From the IMG/VR virus record IMGVR_UViG_3300042863_002246: a stretch of DNA of 58,695 bases. One strand, given 5' to 3'. Every line of letters starts with the position of its first letter. Positions within the stretch are counted from its first letter, which is position 1. Source of the DNA: an uncultured virus (IMG/VR IMGVR_UViG_3300042863_002246). Taxonomy: Duplodnaviria; Heunggongvirae; Uroviricota; Caudoviricetes. The notes below the pieces were generated by a model. It did no database searches. It saw nothing but the letters and a program-made list of their open reading frames with translations, and had not been told where the DNA came from. A program made the translations under genes and the position numbers. This document shows positions 38,281 through 47,539 of the stretch, piece after piece.

Positions 38281-38757
38281 TTATGCTGCTGTTTCATATG
38301 TGTCTACATAGAAGTAAACTACTTTATTATCTATTATATGCGGCCTTAAATCGACGGTCATTGAATTTTCCATAAGTTCTTTTACTACTTTACCCATAGG
38401 AGTTGACAAAACTTTACATCTTAAAGTTAGTTTTTCCACTTTGTTTTCTTTTAAAATAAAAGACATTGATTTTATTGTAAGTACACTCATTTGTAGTGAA
38501 AGAATATTTCCACTATTTCCAAGCTGAGCAAACATAGATATTGATTCTATATCGAATTGTATTTTTTTACCAGATTCTAAAATACTTGTTAGTCTAATAT
38601 CTCTTTTGAACGAAGTCCACTCTTTGTATCTAGACATCAAATCTTCAAATTGATCCAAAGTATTGTTTTGTAACAATACTTCGTAATCAAAATATTCTAG
38701 ATTATCATCTGATTCAGAAGGATCTAAATGAGACCAATCTTTGAATAACTGTCCCAT
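38281..38757 (-). CDS. Degenerate, catalytically inactive paralogue of the gp21-type prohead protease
   Basis: KVLSTPMGKVVKELM matches gp21 ILxTPxGKxxKxL. The His and Ser catalytic positions are replaced (FAQLGNS vs YGEFDHP; DLRP vs SSRA). Confidence 0.6.
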   Translation of the reverse strand: MGQLFKDWSHLDPSESDDNLEYFDYEVLLQNNTLDQFEDLMSRYKEWTSFKRDIRLTSILESGKKIQFDIESISMFAQLGNSGNILSLQMSVLTIKSMSFILKENKVEKLTLRCKVLSTPMGKVVKELMENSMTVDLRPHIIDNKVVYFYVDTYETAA

Positions 38758-40640
38758 TAGAATCTCATGAAGTTTATCTGTTTCTTCTCTAAATCTACTG
38801 ATTTAACAACCGCTTTAATAGGATCTCCCAATCTAATCTGTTCTCCAAACTCATTGTATGCTAAATATTTATCTACATCTGCAGTCCATTTCCCATTAAG
38901 AGTTTCTAATCTTATCAAACCTTCACATTTGTTTTCTGTAATCTCTACATAGATTCCTCTATCCATTACTCCGGTAACAATACCATCGAATACCTGACCG
39001 ATTCGGTCCTGAAGATATTCAGCTTGTTTGTATTTGATAGAATCTCTTTGTGCTCTGGATGCCACAAGTTCTCTAGCAGAACACCATTTTGCTTGTTCTT
39101 CAATCTTTGTAGGATTTCCTTGCTTTCCAGTCGTTAGTTTATCAAATAATATTCTATGTGTTATTAAATCTGGATATCTTCTGATTGGAGAAGTAAAGTG
39201 TGAATAGTGTGTGAATCCTAATCCATAGTGTCCTATGTTCTTTATAGTATATACTGCCTTCGACATTGATCTCGTAACCAAAGTCTCAATCATATTTTCT
39301 TCAGGAGATCCTTTTATCTCTTTTAAAAGGTGATTAAGGTTATTTTTCAGTACATCTCCTTCCTCATCTAACTCAAGCTTGTAACCAAAATTGGTACATA
39401 TACTTTGAAGAGATGCTAGCTTGTCACCGTTTGGTTTGTCGTGTACTCTATATACGTTGTGCCATTGGTCTTTTGCTAAAAGTTTGGCAACTGATTTGTT
39501 TGCCAATAACATATATTCTTCAATCAATTTGTTTGCATCTTTCTGTTCTTTGAAGTAGACTCCGATTGGTTTTTTGTCATCTTCTGCAAGTTTGAACTTT
39601 ACTTCAATACCACCCATTTCGATAGATCCATTTTTTATTCTAGTTCTTCTGATTTTTTTAGCCAATGTGTCTAATTGTCTAATCTCTTTATGATAGTCTC
39701 CATCTAATCCTTCGATTATCTCTTGTGCTTCTTCGTATGCATATCTTCTGTCAGAGTGTATTACAGTCTTTCCGTGCCAAGTATCTTTTATCTTTCCGTC
39801 TTTATCTAATGTAAATACTGTTGAAAATGCCAATCTATCCACATTTGGTTTAAGTGAGCATATTCCATTAGAAAGTCTTTCGGGAAGCATAGGTACACAT
39901 CTGTCTACTAAATAAACTGATGTTGCTCTTTTGAACGCTTCTTTATCTAATTCTGTTCCAAACTTTACATAGTGTGCAACGTCTGCAATATGTACTCCTA
40001 CTTTTATGTTATTAGGATCTCTCATATCTATTGAGATGGCATCATCAAAATCTTTTGCGTCTACAGGATCTATTGTTATAGTAGTCACGTCACGCATATC
40101 CTTTCTTGATTTAATTTCTTTTTCGGATATTATCTCAGGAACAAGTTCTGCTTCGTTAAGTACTTCTTGTGGAAATTCAACAGGTAGTCCATATTCGTAC
40201 ATAATGGCATTCATTTCCGTATTGTTATCTCCAACAAATCCAAGTATCTTAGTAATCTTTCCTCTTGGTGATTTTTTGTCAAGATCCCAGTCTAAAAACT
40301 CTACTAACACTTTTTGTCCATTTTCAACATCCGACTTTCCTTTTATGTAGAAGTCTACCGCCATTTTAGAACTATCGGGTACTACAAAGATTGTATCGTT
40401 TTTTACTTGAGCAGTTCCCACAAACTCTGTTTTAAATCTTGAAGTTGTTTCTAATACTTTACCTTCTAGTTTTTTTTGTCCTTGGAATATCTCTACTCGA
40501 GCAGTATCTAAGTGAAGTGCATTAGCAGTCTTCTTTTTATGTATAAAGATTTCTTTACCATCTACTTTTATATTGGCGTTTCCTGACGTGGAGAATTCTA
40601 CTTGCGTTTCGAATATGTCTCCTTCTTTAATTTTATTCAT
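38757..40640 (-). CDS. rnr: Ribonuclease R (RNB family: CSD-CSD-RNB-S1)
   Basis: TIDPVDAKDFDDA, GVHIADV, RATSVYL, HFTSPIRRYPD and a C-terminal S1 domain; start moved to MNKIKEG. Confidence 0.93.
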   Translation of the reverse strand: MNKIKEGDIFETQVEFSTSGNANIKVDGKEIFIHKKKTANALHLDTARVEIFQGQKKLEGKVLETTSRFKTEFVGTAQVKNDTIFVVPDSSKMAVDFYIKGKSDVENGQKVLVEFLDWDLDKKSPRGKITKILGFVGDNNTEMNAIMYEYGLPVEFPQEVLNEAELVPEIISEKEIKSRKDMRDVTTITIDPVDAKDFDDAISIDMRDPNNIKVGVHIADVAHYVKFGTELDKEAFKRATSVYLVDRCVPMLPERLSNGICSLKPNVDRLAFSTVFTLDKDGKIKDTWHGKTVIHSDRRYAYEEAQEIIEGLDGDYHKEIRQLDTLAKKIRRTRIKNGSIEMGGIEVKFKLAEDDKKPIGVYFKEQKDANKLIEEYMLLANKSVAKLLAKDQWHNVYRVHDKPNGDKLASLQSICTNFGYKLELDEEGDVLKNNLNHLLKEIKGSPEENMIETLVTRSMSKAVYTIKNIGHYGLGFTHYSHFTSPIRRYPDLITHRILFDKLTTGKQGNPTKIEEQAKWCSARELVASRAQRDSIKYKQAEYLQDRIGQVFDGIVTGVMDRGIYVEITENKCEGLIRLETLNGKWTADVDKYLAYNEFGEQIRLGDPIKAVVKSVDLEKKQINFMRF

Positions 40641-41025
40641 TATCTTTTTTCTTTTTTGATATATTGTCGACTCCGTATTTTTCAATCAGAGTGTTTTTCA
40701 TTTTTGACAATACTTTTTTATTCTGTATGGGATAGTCTACTCCGAAGTTTTTTCTTAGAGTTTCTTTTCGTTTGACCTCTGAGCATTTTCTACACGAATA
40801 GTCTCCCCAGTTTTTGTTGTCGTATTTTAAGTAGTTTTTGTAGATGACTTCTTTTTCAGTGCCACATCCATCACATTTGCATTTTACTTTATAATGTGAT
40901 CCGTTTGGTAGAAGTCCAACGGGAATGATTATTATCTCACCTATTGAAATATCGTATCCTAAGTCCTCATAGTATTGGTAGTTGGACTCGTTTATTTTAA
41001 TTTCAATTTCTCTTGTAAGTATCAT
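40633..41025 (-). CDS. Zinc-finger / 'KYGVD' repeat DNA-binding protein of the homing-endonuclease-associated type, with no nuclease domain
   Basis: GSHYKVKCKCDGCG...CRKC...KETLRKNFGVDYPIQ...KNTLIEKYGVDN. Confidence 0.7.
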   Translation of the reverse strand: MILTREIEIKINESNYQYYEDLGYDISIGEIIIIPVGLLPNGSHYKVKCKCDGCGTEKEVIYKNYLKYDNKNWGDYSCRKCSEVKRKETLRKNFGVDYPIQNKKVLSKMKNTLIEKYGVDNISKKKKDNE

Positions 41026-41222
41026 GTTTCTATTTTGGTGGATATAAAAAATCCACCCATTCTTTTTATAAAAAAACATGATTTAGTTTTGTTAATGGTG
41101 ATTTTTTTTTATAAAAAAATAAAAATAAGACACTTCTATAAAAAATCCACCTTTATAATTTCTACGGTTTTGAAGGTTTATATATACTCTAATAATTATA
41201 CAAAAAAAAACACAACTATTTC

Positions 41223-43325
41223 ATGAAACCAGTTCTAATTGTAGAAAATTCAACGAACTCTCTTATAAGAGAAAGTTCAAGCACTGGTAAGAAGGACTAT
41301 ATTTTGGGTGGTACATTCACTGAATTCGGCGTTAAAAACCGTAATGAGAGAATCTACACTGCTGCAAAATTCCTTCCTGCTTTAGAGGAGATGAATGAAA
41401 GAATGAACAATCTTGGAATTGTCTACGGTGAATTTGATCATCCAGACGTTTTCGATACTTCACTTTCAAGAGCTTCTCACGTAATTACGAAAGCTAATTA
41501 CGTAAAAGAATCAAACTTGGTAGAAGGTGAAATCAGATTATTAAGCACTTATTGGGGAAAAGAGGCAAAATCGTTAGTAGACGATGGTTGTCCTATTTTC
41601 GTTTCATCTAGGGCTGCAGGTATTACTGAATCTGATGGCACTGTATCATTAAAAAAACTATTTACTTACGACATCGTTGCTGACCCAGGTTTTGCATCGG
41701 CTAAAATGAGTGTAAAGGTTCTTAATGAGTCACTTGGTTATGACAACCCAAAATCTAACTTTAGGATATATGATTTATCCAACGAGTCAAAAACGGAAGA
41801 GTTATTTAATATGAACAACAACGAATTTGTTACTAAACAACAACTAACTGACTACTCTCAGTATTTGGTTAAAGAGTTGGCATCAACTAAAAAAGAAGTT
41901 AAGACTGCCATTACTAAAGGGAATATGAACCCTAAAAAACTTGAGCAATTGCTTGAGTATTACGATGAATTGAACAACACTAATTCACAAGTAGCTAAAT
42001 ATTTAGATTACTTAGCTGAGAAAGTTCAAATTATGGTAAATGAAAACAAGTCTTTGAAAGAAACTACAGAGAAATTAATCAAACATAACGATTATTTAGC
42101 TGAAAATCTTGAAAAGGCTGTAAACTATTCTGAATACTTAGCAGAAAACTTAGATAAGAACATTGCTTATTCTGAATATGTTGCTGAAAACTTAGACAAA
42201 AACATTGCTTATTCTGAGTATGTTGCTGAAAACGTAGACAAAAACATTTCTTACACAGAATATGTTGCTGAAAACTTAGACAAAAACATTGCTTACTCTG
42301 AATACTTAGCAGAAAACTTAGACAAAAACATTGCTTACTCTGAATACATTGCTGAGAGCTTAGACAAATCTATTGCTTATGGTGAGTATATCGCAGAACA
42401 CGTTGATAACTCTATTGCTTACTCTGAATACTTAGCAGAACACGTTGAAGGTAACATCGCTTACTCTGAATACATTGCTGAACATTTAGATGATAATATT
42501 GCTTACTCTGAATACATTGCTGAAAATTTAGACAAATCTATTAACTACCAAGGATTAATCGTTGAGAAGTTAAACGGTGGTAAATTGAACGAATCAGAAG
42601 GAGCATTCCCATCATTAAATGCTGCAGGATTTGAAGATCTTGAAGATGAAAACGATGATGAAAATGAAAATGCATATGGATCTGAAGAAGAAGACGAAGA
42701 TGAAAACGGAATCGCAGAAATGACTCCTAATCATGCATACGCACACGAAGATAATGAAGATGAGAATGAAGATGAGGATTGTGGCCCAGGTGTTACAGGA
42801 AACTCAGATTCAGAATTATCAGAATCTATTGATAAATTAATCGAAGAAGCTAAAAAACGTAAAGTTTCTGAGACATCAGATTTGAATTTCTTGAAATTCA
42901 TGTCTAAATCACAAGTTGATAGCTACTATGCTTTAACTAACGAAGAACAAGAGACAGTAAAACTACACATAAACGAAAGTAGCTACTTCACACAAAAAGA
43001 AGTATTGTCTTTAATCTCTGAAGCGTTATCAACTAAAAACGAATCTCTTGAAGAAAGAGTAATCAGAATGATGCCTGAGAACACAAAGGCTATCTGGAAT
43101 CAGTTAAATGAGTCTGCAAAAAAATCTATCATTTCACAAGCTAGATTATATCCTGCAGAAGTATTAATGACTGAAGGTCAAGTTGAACATTTTTGGGCAA
43201 CAAGAAACCTAAAAAAGAATGAATCTGTATCTAAAAAACTTGTTTCTCACGAAGCTCTTATCCAAGAAGATAAGTTGTCTGATAATGACGTAACAGCTAT
43301 TATGGAAAGATTCAAAAACATTTAA
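41223..43325 (+). CDS. Prohead protease (T4 gp21-like) fused to a scaffold-like repeat/coiled-coil region
   Basis: KNRNERIY, GEFDHP (His), VSSRAAG (Ser), TYDIVADPGF (Asp), then ~520 aa of helical, repeat and acidic sequence; directly upstream of the MCP. Confidence 0.9.
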   Translation: MKPVLIVENSTNSLIRESSSTGKKDYILGGTFTEFGVKNRNERIYTAAKFLPALEEMNERMNNLGIVYGEFDHPDVFDTSLSRASHVITKANYVKESNLVEGEIRLLSTYWGKEAKSLVDDGCPIFVSSRAAGITESDGTVSLKKLFTYDIVADPGFASAKMSVKVLNESLGYDNPKSNFRIYDLSNESKTEELFNMNNNEFVTKQQLTDYSQYLVKELASTKKEVKTAITKGNMNPKKLEQLLEYYDELNNTNSQVAKYLDYLAEKVQIMVNENKSLKETTEKLIKHNDYLAENLEKAVNYSEYLAENLDKNIAYSEYVAENLDKNIAYSEYVAENVDKNISYTEYVAENLDKNIAYSEYLAENLDKNIAYSEYIAESLDKSIAYGEYIAEHVDNSIAYSEYLAEHVEGNIAYSEYIAEHLDDNIAYSEYIAENLDKSINYQGLIVEKLNGGKLNESEGAFPSLNAAGFEDLEDENDDENENAYGSEEEDEDENGIAEMTPNHAYAHEDNEDENEDEDCGPGVTGNSDSELSESIDKLIEEAKKRKVSETSDLNFLKFMSKSQVDSYYALTNEEQETVKLHINESSYFTQKEVLSLISEALSTKNESLEERVIRMMPENTKAIWNQLNESAKKSIISQARLYPAEVLMTEGQVEHFWATRNLKKNESVSKKLVSHEALIQEDKLSDNDVTAIMERFKNI
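42099..42550 (+). repeat. About 11 tandem 42-bp (14-aa) repeats, AENLDKNIAYSEY[LVI]
   Basis: Visible in both DNA and protein. Confidence 0.92.
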
Positions 43326-43410
43326 TCTATAAAAAATCCACACCTGTAAAAATAAGGTTTTTGGACGATATATATAGATTATTACAAAAAACAAAAAAAT
43401 AAAAAAAATT

Positions 43411-45174
43411 ATGTCACACATTAGAATAGACAAAGCGAAAGCTACAAAGAAATGGGCTCCTGTTCTTGAGAACATGGGAGTTACTGGTGATAGAGTTGAA
43501 TGGATGGCGGAATACGCTGAGTTTCACTCAATCAACGAAAACGCATACGTAAACGCATCTAACGTTGCTGGTATGGGTGGTGTATTTGCTGCACAACCAG
43601 GAAGTTATGCTGGACAAACAAACGGTGGTACTTTAGCTACTGCAGCTTCAGTTGGAACAATCGGTTCAGGTGATGTTGGTCAAAACTTATTGCCAGTTGC
43701 AATGAAAATTGCTGCTCAAACAATCGGTTTAGACTTAGTTGCTGTTAAACCAACTCCAGGTCCGAAAATCGATTTACTTTACATCGATTTCCAATATGAT
43801 GATACTAGATTAGGTGCATCTGACGAAAGACCACAAGTTTTCAAATTAAATGTTGGTGCATCTGCATCTGTATTTAATGCTGCAATCCAAACAGGTGTTG
43901 GTTCAACAATCGCACAAAATCAAGGTGGATTACAAAATGGTAGATATTTCTACTCAATCAATGGTGCTGGTACTCAGTCATTAGGTAACCCAACAATCTT
44001 GAGCGGAAACGTTGCTGGTGCAACAGTTTCAACTACTGAGCCTTTACAAAAAACTGGTGTTGTTGAGTTCTTAGGATTCTCTAGAATTGATGGTTTCCCA
44101 ATGTTCAGAGCGTTTAGACAAGCTAACACTGCACACACTGCAGTTGATCAAGCTAACCTTGCTTGGACATTAGATCCATCAAGAAACACATTTACTGCTA
44201 CTGCATCTATGACTTCTCAAATCACTCACCTTGCTGGTCTTACTATTGCATCTGGAACTGTGACTATTGAGTTAATCTCTGCATTAGAAGATCATATCCC
44301 AGGTTTCTCAACAAACTTTGGTGGTGTTCCTTCTGGATCTGCACAAGGTTCTTACCCAATGTCAAGAAAAGAAGATGATGATACTTATGCTGGTGTTATC
44401 GGACCAAAAATCTCTTCTAAAACTATCGCAGTTGGTACTATCGAAGTATCTTCAGCTTTAAGAAGAACAGAAATCGAAGATATCAAAGCTAACACAGGTA
44501 TGGATATCGTTCAAAAAATGGAATCTATCCTTGTTAATGAGTTGTCTCAAACAATCTCTAAACAAATCGTTGCTAAAATCTTCGAAATGGGTGCTTTAAA
44601 CAGAACTCTTGCTCCATTAGCAAGTGGGAAAATTGCAGTTACTGCTACTGCTTCTACTATCTTTGACTTAGATACTGCTTATGTTGGTGCTATGAATGGT
44701 GGTGAAACTACTCACGCTGTACAAAGAAAATTGATCACGAAAATTGCTCATGCTTCTAACTACATCGCAACAGAAGGAAGGGTAGGACCTGCTCAATATC
44801 TTGTAACAAACGGAGGTTTGGCTGCGGCACTTCAAGATATCGCTGGTTATACTGTAAACCCAGTTAAATCTAAATTAAACGGACAAGGTCAGTTGTACCC
44901 TGTAGGTTCTATCGGAGATATCGCTATCTATGTTGATCCTTACATGAAATATAACGACAACAGAATCGTTTTAGGAAGAAAAAACAACCCAGATCAACCA
45001 GGTATCATTTTCGTACCTTATTTGATGGCTCAATCTATCTCAGTTATTTCTGAAGCGACTTTCGCACCAAGAATGTTACTAAGATCTAGATATGCAGTTG
45101 CTGAAGTTGGTTGGTTCCCACAAAAACAATTTATGACTTTAGTTATAACTGATAACTCTCAGTACTTAAACTAA
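43411..45174 (+). CDS. Major capsid protein (T4 gp23-like)
   Basis: KKWAPVLE, DLVAVKP, NELSQTISKQI, IYVDPY, GIIFVPY, TFAPRMLLRSRYA. Confidence 0.95.
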   Translation: MSHIRIDKAKATKKWAPVLENMGVTGDRVEWMAEYAEFHSINENAYVNASNVAGMGGVFAAQPGSYAGQTNGGTLATAASVGTIGSGDVGQNLLPVAMKIAAQTIGLDLVAVKPTPGPKIDLLYIDFQYDDTRLGASDERPQVFKLNVGASASVFNAAIQTGVGSTIAQNQGGLQNGRYFYSINGAGTQSLGNPTILSGNVAGATVSTTEPLQKTGVVEFLGFSRIDGFPMFRAFRQANTAHTAVDQANLAWTLDPSRNTFTATASMTSQITHLAGLTIASGTVTIELISALEDHIPGFSTNFGGVPSGSAQGSYPMSRKEDDDTYAGVIGPKISSKTIAVGTIEVSSALRRTEIEDIKANTGMDIVQKMESILVNELSQTISKQIVAKIFEMGALNRTLAPLASGKIAVTATASTIFDLDTAYVGAMNGGETTHAVQRKLITKIAHASNYIATEGRVGPAQYLVTNGGLAAALQDIAGYTVNPVKSKLNGQGQLYPVGSIGDIAIYVDPYMKYNDNRIVLGRKNNPDQPGIIFVPYLMAQSISVISEATFAPRMLLRSRYAVAEVGWFPQKQFMTLVITDNSQYLN

Positions 45175-45194
45175 TATCTTAAAGATAATAAAAA

Positions 45195-45223
45195 GAAAGC
45201 CACTCTTAATGAGTGGCTTTTTT
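45195..45223 (+). terminator. Terminator after the MCP
   Basis: AAAGCCACTC-TTAAT-GAGTGGCTTTTTT. Confidence 0.8.
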
Positions 45224-45264
45224 GTTTTTGGTACTTTTTGCTTTTAAAATTTAATATATAACCT

Positions 45265-45663
45265 ATGAGAAATCTAAGTACATTCAAACGATTCTTAAAT
45301 GAAGGTAAAAAAGATAAGTTTCCAGATATTAAAAAGTCTGAAATAGATGGATTTATAGTCTATTTAGGTAGAGATGCGAAATCAAATGACCATCTTACTT
45401 TCAATGTTGCAGACGAAGAAGATATATGGATGCACGTTAAAGGTGTACCAGGTAGTCACGTAGTTATTAGAGTAAGAGAGAATCTTCCTACAGAAACAAC
45501 TATTAAAAAGGCAGCAGAACTTGCTAAGAAGAATAGTAAAGCAAAGGATAAAGAAAATGCGATTGTTGTTTATTGTCAAAGAAAATTCGTTAAGAAAGAT
45601 CCTGGTATGAATGATGGACAAGTCAAAGTTGACTATGTCAATGCTCACGATATTAATATATAA
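45265..45663 (+). CDS. Stand-alone NFACT-R (RqcH/FbpA C-terminal RNA-binding, DUF814) domain protein
   Basis: IVYLGRDAKSNDHLT...DIWMHVKGVPGSHVVI...AAELA..NSKA...VVYCQRKFVKK.PG...GQV. Confidence 0.9.
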   Translation: MRNLSTFKRFLNEGKKDKFPDIKKSEIDGFIVYLGRDAKSNDHLTFNVADEEDIWMHVKGVPGSHVVIRVRENLPTETTIKKAAELAKKNSKAKDKENAIVVYCQRKFVKKDPGMNDGQVKVDYVNAHDINI

Positions 45664-45680
45664 ACAAAATAAAAAAGAAT

Positions 45681-47051
45681 ATGGCAGAACAAAAATTACC
45701 TAAAGTAGAGTTTTCCAAAGAGCTTACAGATATGTTAAAAACACTTGAAAAGAAAGGAAACTATCTTGCATTTGAGCTTATGTGGATGACAGAACCTGAT
45801 GCTAAATATTTCAATGGTTTAAAAATAAAGAAAGTAGATGTTTCTAAAGTAGACTGGTGCTTTAACGTAACATTGGAAAATGGGAATAAAAACGATATGA
45901 AGATTGGAAAGTTCATCAGATATTTCTTTCAAAATATTATAAACGAATATGAGATAACTAAATTCTCAAAGTTATATAATAGTATGAAAGGTGGTGGTAA
46001 ACCTCATGAAGATGGTAATCCTATTGAAGTAGAGAAGTTTGTTTATAGTCCTAAGAATCCAAGAAAGACTTTCTTATCACTTGTTACTAAAACATATCCA
46101 CACGGAAATGAAGATGAAGTTCTTCAATTTTTACCAACATTACAAAAAGATGTTGTTGGAAACTACTACACTATTATAGGTGGACACACAGAAACAATGT
46201 TTACTTGTCACTTAGATACTGCCGATAGAACTCAAATGACAACCACACTTTTTAGTATAAAAGAAGGAGAAGATGAGATTATCGTAACAGATGGCACTAC
46301 CGTATTAGGTGCAGATGATAAATCTGGAACTACCGTAATGCTTTATATGATGGAACATAACGTACCAGGATTATACTATTTCTTCATTGGTGAAGAAAGA
46401 GGTGGTATTGGTTCACATGCACTTGCAGATGTTTATGAAAGTGTAGACTATTTAAAAGACGTTAAAAGATGTGTTTCTTTTGATAGAAGAAACTATTACT
46501 CTATAATAACATCACAAATGGGTACTGATTGTTGCTCTCCAGAGTTTGCAGATGCTTTATGTGCGGCTTATACTGCAAATGGTTTAAGTATGAAACCAGA
46601 TGATACAGGTATCTATACCGATTCTGCATCATTTTTAGATGATATTCCAGAATGTACTAACGTTTCTGTTGGTTATTTCAATGAGCATACCGGAAAAGAA
46701 AGACAAAATATGACTTTCCTTACTAAACTATGTGAGGCATCTGTTAAGATAGATTGGAAATCACTTCCAACTAAAAGATCATTAGAAGAACAGATTTCTT
46801 ACAAAAAACAATCTTTAGAAGCAAAAGCTAAACATAAAGACCTTTTAGAAGATGTTAAGAAATCAATCGTTTCTTTAGACAGACTTATTTCTGTAGATGG
46901 TGGTGTAACTTATATGTGTCTTGATTTAGAAGGATCTGATATAGGAACAATACACGATTCACTTGTTTCTCTTTCTATGATATTAAAAAAACATGGTGTC
47001 GACCAAGAGGTAGTCTTTGATGAGACATATTTAAAAATAGCACTTAAATAA
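45681..47051 (+). CDS. M28-family zinc peptidase with N- and C-terminal extensions
   Basis: CHLDT, LGADDKSG, GEERGGIGS, SFDRR, YTDS, NVSVGYFNEHT. Confidence 0.88.
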   Translation: MAEQKLPKVEFSKELTDMLKTLEKKGNYLAFELMWMTEPDAKYFNGLKIKKVDVSKVDWCFNVTLENGNKNDMKIGKFIRYFFQNIINEYEITKFSKLYNSMKGGGKPHEDGNPIEVEKFVYSPKNPRKTFLSLVTKTYPHGNEDEVLQFLPTLQKDVVGNYYTIIGGHTETMFTCHLDTADRTQMTTTLFSIKEGEDEIIVTDGTTVLGADDKSGTTVMLYMMEHNVPGLYYFFIGEERGGIGSHALADVYESVDYLKDVKRCVSFDRRNYYSIITSQMGTDCCSPEFADALCAAYTANGLSMKPDDTGIYTDSASFLDDIPECTNVSVGYFNEHTGKERQNMTFLTKLCEASVKIDWKSLPTKRSLEEQISYKKQSLEAKAKHKDLLEDVKKSIVSLDRLISVDGGVTYMCLDLEGSDIGTIHDSLVSLSMILKKHGVDQEVVFDETYLKIALK

Positions 47052-47052
47052 G

Positions 47053-47463
47053 ATGAAACTAAAAAAATATAACAACTATCTTAACGAAGATAAGTACGAA
47101 GACGAATACTTTGACGAATATGGTTCTCAGGATGATTATGAAGGACAGGATGATGCACAAGGTGATGATGATATGGAACACCTTTTGTATCTATTAAGAA
47201 CGTTTTTAAAGGATTCTGGTATAAACAATGTAAGTTTGAAGAACTCGGACTCTAGTATAAAATTAGAGATTGTTTTAAAAACAAAAGAAAGATTGACTGA
47301 TGTAATAAAAACTTTTGCAGTTCTTAAAAAACTATCAAATGATATAATGGCAGATTATGATGCAGAGTTTGATATCTGGGAAACCAAACAAGGAGATCCG
47401 TTGTTGATTATCGATTATTATTCACCAGAATATGGTGATGATGAAGATGGAGCACCTTTTTAA
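47053..47463 (+). CDS. Acidic hypothetical protein with a capsid-targeting-like N-terminus
   Basis: MKLKKYNNYLNE followed by a D/E-rich tract. Confidence 0.65.
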   Translation: MKLKKYNNYLNEDKYEDEYFDEYGSQDDYEGQDDAQGDDDMEHLLYLLRTFLKDSGINNVSLKNSDSSIKLEIVLKTKERLTDVIKTFAVLKKLSNDIMADYDAEFDIWETKQGDPLLIIDYYSPEYGDDEDGAPF

Positions 47464-47474
47464 ATAAAAAAAGT

Positions 47475-47513
47475 AAACTTTTTTAGGTATTTAGAATATT
47501 ATATATATCTTTG
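47475..47513 (+). promoter_or_regulatory. Overlapping promoter elements upstream of the tmRNA
   Basis: AAAC-N18-TATTA, TTATATATA and TATCTTTG (47506-47513) overlap. Confidence 0.55.
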
Positions 47514-47539
47514 TTAAAAGAAATAACAATTACAAACAT

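Noticed and set aside
42099..42550. 42-bp repeats as a possible CRISPR array or iterons
   Set aside because: Variation is mostly synonymous or conservative within a coding frame; no spacers
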